This document shows, one piece after another, positions 24,273-32,312 of a stretch of 47,001 nt of DNA (position 1 is the first letter of the stretch; each line of letters starts with the position of its first letter). Where the stretch lies: assembly GCA_048939625.1 (NCBI GenBank), contig JBHLPH010000016.1:1-47001 (forward strand), written 5' to 3'. The notes beneath the pieces were generated by a model that saw only the letters and a list, made by a program, of their open reading frames with translations, was not told where the DNA came from and made no database searches. This stretch comes from Promethearchaeota archaeon (GTDB lineage Archaea > Asgardarchaeota > Hermodarchaeia > Hermodarchaeales > Hermodarchaeaceae). A program made the position numbers and the translations under genes.

Positions 24273-25304
24273 CTATCCTTCTTTCGTGTTTTTTGCGGTA
24301 CCGAGCCAACTACTGTAAAGAGGTTTTTCAAGGTCAAAAACCTTGACTGTGAGGTGGGGGATTTGTGCTTTGAGATCCGTTTCAATCCGTGTTGGAAGAC
24401 CAGGAAGCATTGAACCTCCTCCAGTGAGGACGATATTTGCGGCTAGTTCTGCGCGCACAGTAGTGTCTACACGCATTAATACATCTACAATAGCCTCTGT
24501 TAAGCCTTTGTCTCCTACCCCAAGAAGCGTTGGATGAAATAATACTTCTGGGGCTTGCCAGGGTAGCGGTCCGAGTGGAAGTTGTAGTCCTTCAAACGAA
24601 AAATCAACGTCGTCCTCAAAAACATCATTAACGGCCATGGGAAAGACTTGACAGTGAGTTTGTTTAATCGCCCGAATTGCTTTCTCATTTTGCGTAAGTT
24701 GAGTATAATGGGGGACTAATTCCGCTGGGGAGGTTTCGCTTTTATGGAGTAAGAGTTTCCGAATTTCAGCAGATACAAAAAAACTGCCTGTTACTAGGGG
24801 GAGAATTTGCTCTTCAAGGAGAAAACCTCGATAAATCGGAGTGACAAAGGTGCTAGTGTAGCCGATATCAACAATTAATCCAGTTTTTCGTCCCCAATGA
24901 CTCCACGTTGATATCTGTTGAATTGCAGCATCAACCTGGTGGCAGCCTAGAGCCTCCTGGAGAACTTGACACAAATCATTCACTCGATCTGATGGAGATT
25001 GTGGAAATACCAACAACGTTAATTTGAGTTTATCACGTTGCTTGTTCATTGTGGGAAAGTGCTCTAACGCTAGAATGCACAGTTGTGTAATAAGCGAAGA
25101 ATCCGTGGGAAGAAAACCGTCCTCTAAAGGAAATATCCACGCTCGACGGCCTGGATCTAATTCGAGAAAAACCGATGGACTGCCACTTGGGTTGGGATTT
25201 TTAAAAGCAGCAGGTATGACTATGGGTTCTGGTTGTTCAGGAAACCCACATTTCATGTAGCCACTACCCAGGTCAATGATAAGGTTGGCTTGGGTATTAT
25301 TCAC
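24273..25304 (-). CDS. Divergent actin-related protein (acidic paralog)
   Basis: IIDLGSGYMKCGF, FPLEDG, AIQ, G.KTGLIVDIG, PIY.GF, IK...C.V, APEVLF.P.L.G, D..VR.EL.ANIVLTGG.SMLPG, YSSWLG. Confidence 0.9.
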   Translation of the reverse strand: MNNTQANLIIDLGSGYMKCGFPEQPEPIVIPAAFKNPNPSGSPSVFLELDPGRRAWIFPLEDGFLPTDSSLITQLCILALEHFPTMNKQRDKLKLTLLVFPQSPSDRVNDLCQVLQEALGCHQVDAAIQQISTWSHWGRKTGLIVDIGYTSTFVTPIYRGFLLEEQILPLVTGSFFVSAEIRKLLLHKSETSPAELVPHYTQLTQNEKAIRAIKQTHCQVFPMAVNDVFEDDVDFSFEGLQLPLGPLPWQAPEVLFHPTLLGVGDKGLTEAIVDVLMRVDTTVRAELAANIVLTGGGSMLPGLPTRIETDLKAQIPHLTVKVFDLEKPLYSSWLGTAKNTKEG

Positions 25305-25416
25305 AAACCAAACCTAGGATACATATTTGAAAATAGTTTCTATTCGAAAGCTAATGTCTAGAGATTTCTCGAAATTATTAGGTGGTACGGGGAAAAAGAA
25401 CCATGCAGAAAGCAGC

Positions 25417-26430
25417 TTAAGGTGGTCTATGCAGAGTTGCGGCACCTGACCACGCGTTGGTCAATGCATCCTCGAGTGCGTAAACATTAATGGGAAGATG
25501 TGGAAGGCGACGTTTGAGTTCGTATTCGAACCGTTCACGGAGTCCAAGGAAGAGGGATCCACCTCCCGTGAGTACAATATCATTTGATAGTTCTCGGCGG
25601 ATGGTCATATCAGCCTGCTCAATACAATTCACCACAGCATCTATCAGCCCCATATCACCAATCCCAATGAGTGAAGGGTCGAACAGGACTTCTGGTGCTT
25701 TCCAAGTAACCGAGCCCAGAGGAACTTTTAGATCTTTACGTCGATAATGCCATTCACGCGGCGTTTTCTTGATTTTAGGATTAGGACGAACCTGACAGAA
25801 ATTACGTTTAATATACTCGATGGCTTTGGTGTCTGTTGCAATTTTGGCATAGTCAGAGTACTTTGCTGAATTCTTTGCTTTTTCCTCGAATAGGCGCCGT
25901 AAAGCTGCAGTCACATAGAGACTTCCTGTTACGGTATCAACTACATGTTCCCGTAGGAGAAATCCTTGGTAAATGGGCGTTATAATCGAAATCGTGTGCC
26001 CAATATCTACGACTGTTCCTGTATGTTTTCCAAGGAATAGGAGTGTGAGAACTTGTTGATAAGCTGCAAGGAGTTTCCGGCATCCAAGTTTTTCTCGAAG
26101 TCCATCACACACATCATAGATACGATTTTGCTCGACTGTAGAAAAAACGAGGAGTTGGAGTTCAGTTGCAACCCGTTGGAACCCTCCAATCGCTACCCGG
26201 TTAAATACATCCAGAATGAGAGGGGCTAGAATCTCACTATCTGGAAGACTTCCATTTTCGAGGGGATAGAATTTACCAATTCGTGTTGGGTCAAGTGTAG
26301 TAAGATAGGGGTCACCCTTATTCTTTTCAGGATCTTTCAGGTATGCAGGAATTATCTTGGGAAGAGCATCATCAGGATGGCCATATTTGAGATAGCCCGT
26401 GCCTAAATCGATAATAAGGGGATTCTGCAT
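25417..26430 (-). CDS. Divergent actin-related protein (basic paralog)
   Basis: IIDLGTGYLKYG, YPLENG, Q.VL.L..G..TG.VVDIG, PIYQGF, IK..FC.V, APEVLFDPS.IG, D..IR.EL..IVLTGG.S.F.G, W.G. Confidence 0.9.
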   Translation of the reverse strand: MQNPLIIDLGTGYLKYGHPDDALPKIIPAYLKDPEKNKGDPYLTTLDPTRIGKFYPLENGSLPDSEILAPLILDVFNRVAIGGFQRVATELQLLVFSTVEQNRIYDVCDGLREKLGCRKLLAAYQQVLTLLFLGKHTGTVVDIGHTISIITPIYQGFLLREHVVDTVTGSLYVTAALRRLFEEKAKNSAKYSDYAKIATDTKAIEYIKRNFCQVRPNPKIKKTPREWHYRRKDLKVPLGSVTWKAPEVLFDPSLIGIGDMGLIDAVVNCIEQADMTIRRELSNDIVLTGGGSLFLGLRERFEYELKRRLPHLPINVYALEDALTNAWSGAATLHRPP

Positions 26431-26465
26431 GAGGGTTCCTCAGTTCCTTTAAGATACGGAAATGA

Positions 26466-27281
26466 TTAGGGTCGGGTAAGTAACGTTGAGTATGGTAATG
26501 TGGGGTCAATGAAGTTAAATGTAACTTTAGGAAGTTCCACATCGAGAATTTGTGTCAACCGACTCATCCCAGGTGATTCGGTGAAACTCTGAGGGAGGGC
26601 AACAAGTTTTATTTTTAATTGGCTAGCCTGAATTGCTAGTTCATGAGTAAGATGTCCTGTGAGATAGGTATCATATCCGCGTTGCCTTGCTAGATGTAGC
26701 CAGTGAGAGTTAATTCCATCACCAGAGACGATTACGAGCCGATTCACTTCATCATCAAGATTCCCAACATAATTGATTGATGGAACATTTAGCCGTTTTG
26801 TGACATATTGAATTAACATCTTGAGATTCATTTCTTTGGGAACTTCACATGCGCGTCCGAGTGGATGAATTCCACCTAAAAGAGGAACTTTGAACACATC
26901 GAAAACATCGAATCCAAGCGTATGTGCTAGCACATCGTTCATTCCTCCGTCAACCATGGCCCAATTATAATGGGTGACATAGACTGTCATTTTATGTTTT
27001 AGTAGATGCTGCAGTAGCAGTTGGGGAACCCCTGTTAATGTGTGGGTCGATCGTGGAAAGGGAGAGCGATGTGTAATGAGGAAGTTGGCTTTGTGCTCGT
27101 TGGCTTTAACGATGACAGGAAGTGTGATATCTACACAGACATCAACGGCATTAATCCGTACACGTCGTTGCTTTGATTCATCATTGACGCCAAGAATCAC
27201 GCCATCGACATCGTCCTGTGGCACATACATTGCTGGTGCTAGTTTTCTAATATGCGAAATAATATCCCATAGAGTCGTCAT
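26466..27281 (-). CDS. Nif3-like protein with degenerate metal ligands
   Basis: D.DG..LG, VD.T..VI..A....A..LITH, Y..H.N, GG.ND.LA..LG, LGR, YLTG...H, TE.PG. Confidence 0.85.
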   Translation of the reverse strand: MTTLWDIISHIRKLAPAMYVPQDDVDGVILGVNDESKQRRVRINAVDVCVDITLPVIVKANEHKANFLITHRSPFPRSTHTLTGVPQLLLQHLLKHKMTVYVTHYNWAMVDGGMNDVLAHTLGFDVFDVFKVPLLGGIHPLGRACEVPKEMNLKMLIQYVTKRLNVPSINYVGNLDDEVNRLVIVSGDGINSHWLHLARQRGYDTYLTGHLTHELAIQASQLKIKLVALPQSFTESPGMSRLTQILDVELPKVTFNFIDPTLPYSTLLTRP

Positions 27282-27416
27282 GAAAACACAACTTCGGCTG
27301 TGATTATACCCAAGAGAACTAATCTAGATTTTTAGTCTTTTGTGGGGTCTGCGATACAATAATTTCAAAGACTTTATAATCCCTCTTCGCTAGGCAACGC
27401 GAGGAGAACCAAGAAC

Positions 27417-28793
27417 GTGCCCCCTCAAAAGAAACACAAGGAAATTAGTCGTGAAGAGGTTGCTGCAGAAGTCCTCTCACTTTGGAACGAAGAAGCTCAA
27501 TCCCTTCGTGGGGCAATGGGTCAAATTGCTAGGAAATGGGATATTACGGATTGGCGAATTCGAACTGCCATTCATAGTCTAGTCTTTGAATCAGTTCGTC
27601 GTTTGAACACAATTGATTTCCTTCTTGACCAAGTTCTAAAGAAAACCCAGATTGCAGAGATTGACCCCTTTATCGGCAATACATTGCGAGTAGCTACTTA
27701 TCTTATTCACTTCACAGATACACCTCCAGCTCTTGCCACAAATGAAGCCGTTGCAACCATTAAACGTCGAAAAAACAAACGACTGGCTGGTTTTGTCAAC
27801 GCTGTTTTACGAAAAATGCAGAAGACTAACTTTGCTAAAGTTATAACCGCATTTCATGATATGGGATTAGAAGAGCTTGAATATTCGATTCCTCGATGGT
27901 TATTCGAATACATGACACGAATTCTTGGACCAGACGAAGCAAAGAAGTTCTTTTCAACAAGTCTTCAAAACCCTTCGGTCTATGTTCGTGTTAATACATT
28001 GATTCAACCACACAATCAGACATTAAAGGAGCTTGAACAAGCTGAGTTCCTTTGCACTCCCATTGAAAAGCTCCCAGAAATGTTGAAGCTCCAACGGGGG
28101 AACGTTCCGGTTACACAAACAGAGGTATATGCCCAACATGGCGTTTACCTTCAAAGCCTAGCCAGTGGGTTAGTATCACATATTGTTGATCCAAGTCCTG
28201 CTGAAATTGTAATTGACTTATGTGCAGCACCAGGGAGTAAGGCCTCACATCTTGCTCAGCTGATGAAGAATCAGGGGAACATACTTGCCTTGGATAATAT
28301 GCCGTTACGTGTTGAAGAAATGACCCGGAACCTTGGACGGCTAGGTGTAAGGAATACCCACGTAATATTTGCTAATAGCCTTAAGCTTCCTTTTCGGACC
28401 AATTTTTCGAGTAAGTATGTTTTGGTCGATCCCCCATGTAGCAATACCGGTGTGATTCAAACACGCCCGGAAGTCAAATGGACCATGAGCCCCGAAAAAA
28501 TTCGTCGTCTCAGCCGGGTTCAAGCTAGTCTACTAGAAATGGGAAGCAAGTTGGTTGAACCAGGAGGATTTTTGGTGTATTCAACCTGTTCTTTGACTCT
28601 GGACGAAAATGAGCACCTCATCCGAGATTTTCTTGATGCCAATATAGGCTTTAGTTTAGTGCCTTCGCAGCCTTGGCTAGGGATAGCGGGATTTGAGGGA
28701 ATGACAGAATGCCAACGTCTATTTCCACATCGTGAAGATACTGAAGGTTTTTTCATTGCTAAACTCCAACGTGAGCCAATACCTTTTGATTAG
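27417..28793 (+). CDS. rsmB: RsmB/NOL1/Sun RNA m5C methyltransferase with N-terminal NusB-like domain
   Basis: NEAV...GFVNAVLR (NusB-like), RVN, DLCAAPGSK, DPPCS, YSTCS...ENE, GFFIA. Confidence 0.9.
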   Translation: MPPQKKHKEISREEVAAEVLSLWNEEAQSLRGAMGQIARKWDITDWRIRTAIHSLVFESVRRLNTIDFLLDQVLKKTQIAEIDPFIGNTLRVATYLIHFTDTPPALATNEAVATIKRRKNKRLAGFVNAVLRKMQKTNFAKVITAFHDMGLEELEYSIPRWLFEYMTRILGPDEAKKFFSTSLQNPSVYVRVNTLIQPHNQTLKELEQAEFLCTPIEKLPEMLKLQRGNVPVTQTEVYAQHGVYLQSLASGLVSHIVDPSPAEIVIDLCAAPGSKASHLAQLMKNQGNILALDNMPLRVEEMTRNLGRLGVRNTHVIFANSLKLPFRTNFSSKYVLVDPPCSNTGVIQTRPEVKWTMSPEKIRRLSRVQASLLEMGSKLVEPGGFLVYSTCSLTLDENEHLIRDFLDANIGFSLVPSQPWLGIAGFEGMTECQRLFPHREDTEGFFIAKLQREPIPFD

Positions 28794-28808
28794 TAGCAAA
28801 GCTGTTTT

Positions 28809-30218
28809 CTAAATGAAGATTGGCCACATCGACATCTGTTTCGGTAATGACAATTGCCGGAATGGTTTCTCTTTGGAAGCGTCATTTACGAACTGAGCAA
28901 GGGAACCGACTGTCATTGGTTTCTTGTAGGATTTTTTCGCTGTTGATTTTTCACGAAGCGTTACTGGAAAGTCCTTAGCTTTCATCTCGTTATCACCGAT
29001 AACAGCAAGAAAGGGAACCCACTGTTGTCCAGCATTTCTAACTTTCCAGCCTATGGTTTTTCCGCGATCATCAAGAACTGCCCGAACATTCCGTGACCGG
29101 AGTTGATCGACAATTTCACTGGCATAGGCTTTATGACGATCTGCTATGGGCGCAATAACGACTTGGACCGGTGAGAGCCAAAGCGGTAACATGGGAAGTT
29201 GTCCCTCTTGTTGCCGTTTTGCAGCACTTTCGAGTAGCCCGTACACTAGCCTTTCAAGACTCCCTATGCTGGTGTGGACAATGATGCAGCCCACATCCTC
29301 CCCGTTCTCATTCACGTAAGTAATTCCATAACGTTCTGCATCAGTGACATCGAGTTGAACTGTACTCAGTTGTCCCGAACCCTCTGCAGCATCCACAAAC
29401 TGAAATTCGTTCTTCACGTTCCAGTAATGCGTCATTTCCGGTAATAACTCGACAAGGATGGCACGTTTCAGATCCTTAGCGAGCATAATGAGTAAGTCTT
29501 TGGTCTGTTCATAATATTCTTCGACTATCCGGAAAACCAGCAGATAATCGATACCAAGACCGTGAATTAGAGTATCATAATTCTTGGTAATCATTGCGAA
29601 TTCCTGTTTACCCTGTTCATAGTCCGCGCAGAAACAATGAATATCCGGCATAGTAAACGCTCGTAATCTTCGAAGACCCACACATTCACCCCGTTTTTCT
29701 AGCCGGAATGAAGGAGAGAGTTCAAAAATCCGAACCGGAAGCTGTCGATGGGACATTTGCGTGTTTTTCATCGTCGAAAATAGACCAAAATCGCCAGCAA
29801 AGCGTAATAAGAGCTCCTTGTCTTTACTTAATTTAATGCGGTAATCTTTTTCCAAGAATTTCTCTGCCTGCTCGGCAATATCTTTCTGGCTAATCCGATA
29901 CATCAAGGGGGTTTCAATTCGCATAGCCCCAATCATATCTACTGCAATCGTATGGACGTAATCTTCCAATAACTCCTTCAAGAGCGCTCCTTTGGGATAG
30001 AATTTGAAGTGTCCCACATCAGAAGCAGGTTCGTAATCGATGAGTTCCAATTGCCGCATAATGCGAATATGGGGTGGTTCCCCTTTGGCGGCTCGACCAA
30101 GTTCTTCTGTCTCGATAAAGGTGCGAAGTTCTCCTTTGACAGCCACCTGACTATCTAAATCGTCTAAATCGAGAGGTTTTTCGACGCCTTTTGAGTCAAT
30201 GATTAAGTACTTAGCCAA
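28809..30218 (-). CDS. thrS: Threonine--tRNA ligase, archaeal type, lacking the N-terminal editing domain
   Basis: EPPH...M...EL.DYEP.SD.G...YPKG, SFR.E.RGE..GL.RLRAFTMPD.H, LSTVQ.D, GS.ER, LPLWLSP.QV. Probable TTG start 30218 (ORF track 30239). Confidence 0.92.
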   Translation of the reverse strand: MAKYLIIDSKGVEKPLDLDDLDSQVAVKGELRTFIETEELGRAAKGEPPHIRIMRQLELIDYEPASDVGHFKFYPKGALLKELLEDYVHTIAVDMIGAMRIETPLMYRISQKDIAEQAEKFLEKDYRIKLSKDKELLLRFAGDFGLFSTMKNTQMSHRQLPVRIFELSPSFRLEKRGECVGLRRLRAFTMPDIHCFCADYEQGKQEFAMITKNYDTLIHGLGIDYLLVFRIVEEYYEQTKDLLIMLAKDLKRAILVELLPEMTHYWNVKNEFQFVDAAEGSGQLSTVQLDVTDAERYGITYVNENGEDVGCIIVHTSIGSLERLVYGLLESAAKRQQEGQLPMLPLWLSPVQVVIAPIADRHKAYASEIVDQLRSRNVRAVLDDRGKTIGWKVRNAGQQWVPFLAVIGDNEMKAKDFPVTLREKSTAKKSYKKPMTVGSLAQFVNDASKEKPFRQLSLPKQMSMWPIFI

Positions 30219-30301
30219 AGCTAACGCCTTCCTATACAATATACCGTGTACTCGCCAAATCTCGTTTCAATAGGGATAAAAGTTTCTCTAGACGACCGAG
30301 A

Positions 30302-31507
30302 ATGGAAATGGAGATAACGACAATGACACCATCTCTTGTTCAGGAAAAAAGCCAACAAGCTCTCAACCTCCTCAAGAAACTCGATTTCGATACATGGATG
30401 ATATGGGTTCGAGAAACAAAACAGATGGCTGATCCTGTACTATCGCTTGTGCTGGGAATCGACCTCGTATGGCAGTCAGCATTAATTTTTACTCAAACTG
30501 GACAACGTATCGCAATTGTAGGCAACTTCGATGCAGATGGTCTAAGACCGCTAGGAGTCTTCGATAAGATTATTCCGTATACACAAGACATTCGAGAAAC
30601 ACTTCGAAATGAGCTTGAGGCTCTTTCCCCAAAGAAAATCGGTCTAAACTATAGTCGTGATGACGTAGCTGCTGACGGCTTGACCCATGGAATGTACAAC
30701 CTACTCGCTGAATACTTACAGGGTACGCCTCACACCCAAAAATTTGTTAGCGCAGAACCTTTGCTTCTTCAATTACGGGGACAAAAAACACATGAGGAAA
30801 TCAGACGTATTCAGCAAGCGGTCACGATTACGGAACAAATCTTTGACGAAGCCAAGCAATTTCTCCAAGTTGGACAAAGTGAGCAAGAAATTTCTAAATT
30901 CTTCCATCAGCGTATGAAAGCGCATAGCGTTTCATTTGCTTGGGGAATAGATCACAATCCAGCAGTTGATGCGGGACCAAACAAGCAGTTTGGTCATGCA
31001 GGACCTACTGAGAATGTGACAAAAGAGGGACATCTCTTACACTTCGATTTTGGAGTGCGATACCAGGGATATTGTTCGGATATACAACGGATGTTCTTTT
31101 TTGGTTCAGCATCACATATCCCAGAAGAAGTGCAGACAGCTTTTGAGACCGTTCGTGATGCCATCCAAGCAGCTTCAGAGTTCATTAAGCCGGGTGTGAA
31201 AGGTTATGAAGTTGATAAGGTAGCACGTAGCTTTATTTTAGATCGAGGGTTTGATGAATATCAACATGCCCTTGGGCACCAAGTGGGTCAAGAAGCCCAT
31301 GATGGTGGCACTCTTCTTGGTCCGTTATGGGAACGATATGGTGCCAGTCCAAAAGGTGTTGTCGAACCAGGAAATGTCTTCACGCTAGAACTGTATGTAA
31401 CGACACAGAATTTTGGACAGATCAGTCTCGAAGAAGATATTGTGGTCACCAAAAAAGGATGCAAGTTTTTATCTACCCCTCAAAGTGAACTCATCTGTAT
31501 TAGTTAA
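30302..31507 (+). CDS. Xaa-Pro peptidase family (M24B), metal ligands intact
   Basis: HFDFG....YCSDIQR, HALGH.VG..HD, FTLE, LEED. Confidence 0.92.
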   Translation: MEMEITTMTPSLVQEKSQQALNLLKKLDFDTWMIWVRETKQMADPVLSLVLGIDLVWQSALIFTQTGQRIAIVGNFDADGLRPLGVFDKIIPYTQDIRETLRNELEALSPKKIGLNYSRDDVAADGLTHGMYNLLAEYLQGTPHTQKFVSAEPLLLQLRGQKTHEEIRRIQQAVTITEQIFDEAKQFLQVGQSEQEISKFFHQRMKAHSVSFAWGIDHNPAVDAGPNKQFGHAGPTENVTKEGHLLHFDFGVRYQGYCSDIQRMFFFGSASHIPEEVQTAFETVRDAIQAASEFIKPGVKGYEVDKVARSFILDRGFDEYQHALGHQVGQEAHDGGTLLGPLWERYGASPKGVVEPGNVFTLELYVTTQNFGQISLEEDIVVTKKGCKFLSTPQSELICIS

Positions 31508-31513
31508 AAAAAA
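31506..31513 (-). terminator. Oligo-T terminator after tRNA-Arg(GCG)
   Basis: Eight T residues on the minus strand, 3 nt downstream of the tRNA CCA. Confidence 0.55.
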
Positions 31514-31516
31514 TCG

Positions 31517-31593
31517 TGGCGGGCCCGCAGGGATTTGAACCCCGGACCTCCAGATCCGCAATCTGGCGCCATATCCTACTAGGCCACGGGCCC
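31517..31593 (-). tRNA. tRNA-Arg(GCG), CCA encoded, no intron
   Basis: Reverse complement GGGCCCG...CCAGA-TTGCGGA-TCTGG...GGTTCAAATCC...CGGGCCC-G-CCA; TTTTAAAA box upstream at 31629-31636. Confidence 0.95.
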
Positions 31594-31674
31594 TTGATGT
31601 AGTAACTGTTGTAGGGTAGAAATTGGACTTTTAAAAGCTTCTCCCACAAACTGGGATTGTAAAGACGCAACCGA

Positions 31675-32178
31675 TTAGGTTCCTGCTAAAATATTTCGCC
31701 ATTCATCAATATCTTCGAGAAGACTTTCTCGGTGTTTTACACTCAGATCTTGGTTTATTTTGTAACCCTCAAGAGTTCTTATCCATCGCGCCCAAGGACC
31801 CATTAGCCGAGGATCATGTCCCACGAGGCGGTGAGAGAGTTCGCGTCGTTTACGCATAGCTGCTAGAATATCAACAGCCCGTGAGAACCGCTCAATCTCC
31901 CGTTTCATTGCATCTACCTCATCTAAGGCGGGATTTGTGCCATATTGATCTGAATTTTGAGAGAAGCGATCCAAAATAGATTCTACCTCATTGGGTTGCA
32001 GGTTGGCAGCTCGGAGAGCTTCATCTGCAACCATCAAGGCTTTCTCAAGAACAGCTTTTAGTAGTATCAAATTGTTTTGGGCAATCACGTTTGGTGGATG
32101 TTCTAAGGTTTTTTCACAGTCTTGGAGAAGTTTTTCTACGGTTTTCCGATGGTCACGCACTTCTTTTTCATATGACAT
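31675..32178 (-). CDS. Hypothetical helical protein
   Basis: About 167 aa charged helical ORF (ATG 32178; ORF track 32187). BRE/TATA-like GAGAAACTATTATAA on the minus strand at about 32248-32262. Confidence 0.7.
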   Translation of the reverse strand: MSYEKEVRDHRKTVEKLLQDCEKTLEHPPNVIAQNNLILLKAVLEKALMVADEALRAANLQPNEVESILDRFSQNSDQYGTNPALDEVDAMKREIERFSRAVDILAAMRKRRELSHRLVGHDPRLMGPWARWIRTLEGYKINQDLSVKHRESLLEDIDEWRNILAGT

Positions 32179-32312
32179 TGACTTCAACCTTATATGGGAT
32201 AGAATTGGTTCTGCCTAGGCACCTAGATGAATAATCGAGAAAAGTCGTTATAATAGTTTCTCGAAGGATTACTGTTGAGTAGGGATTTTTGAGTGATAAT
32301 TAGCCTCGAATA

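Noticed and set aside
24273-26430. MreB/FtsA/ParM or canonical lokiactin assignment
   Set aside because: The motifs (PIYxG, PExLFxP, D..IR..L..IVL.GG, W.G) are actin/ARP-type, but the truncations and divergence argue against the conserved filament-forming actin.
32235-32264. Inverted repeat TCGAGAAA...TTTCTCGA as an operator or terminator
   Set aside because: It coincides with a BRE/TATA-like promoter for the 31675 gene and has no independent support.
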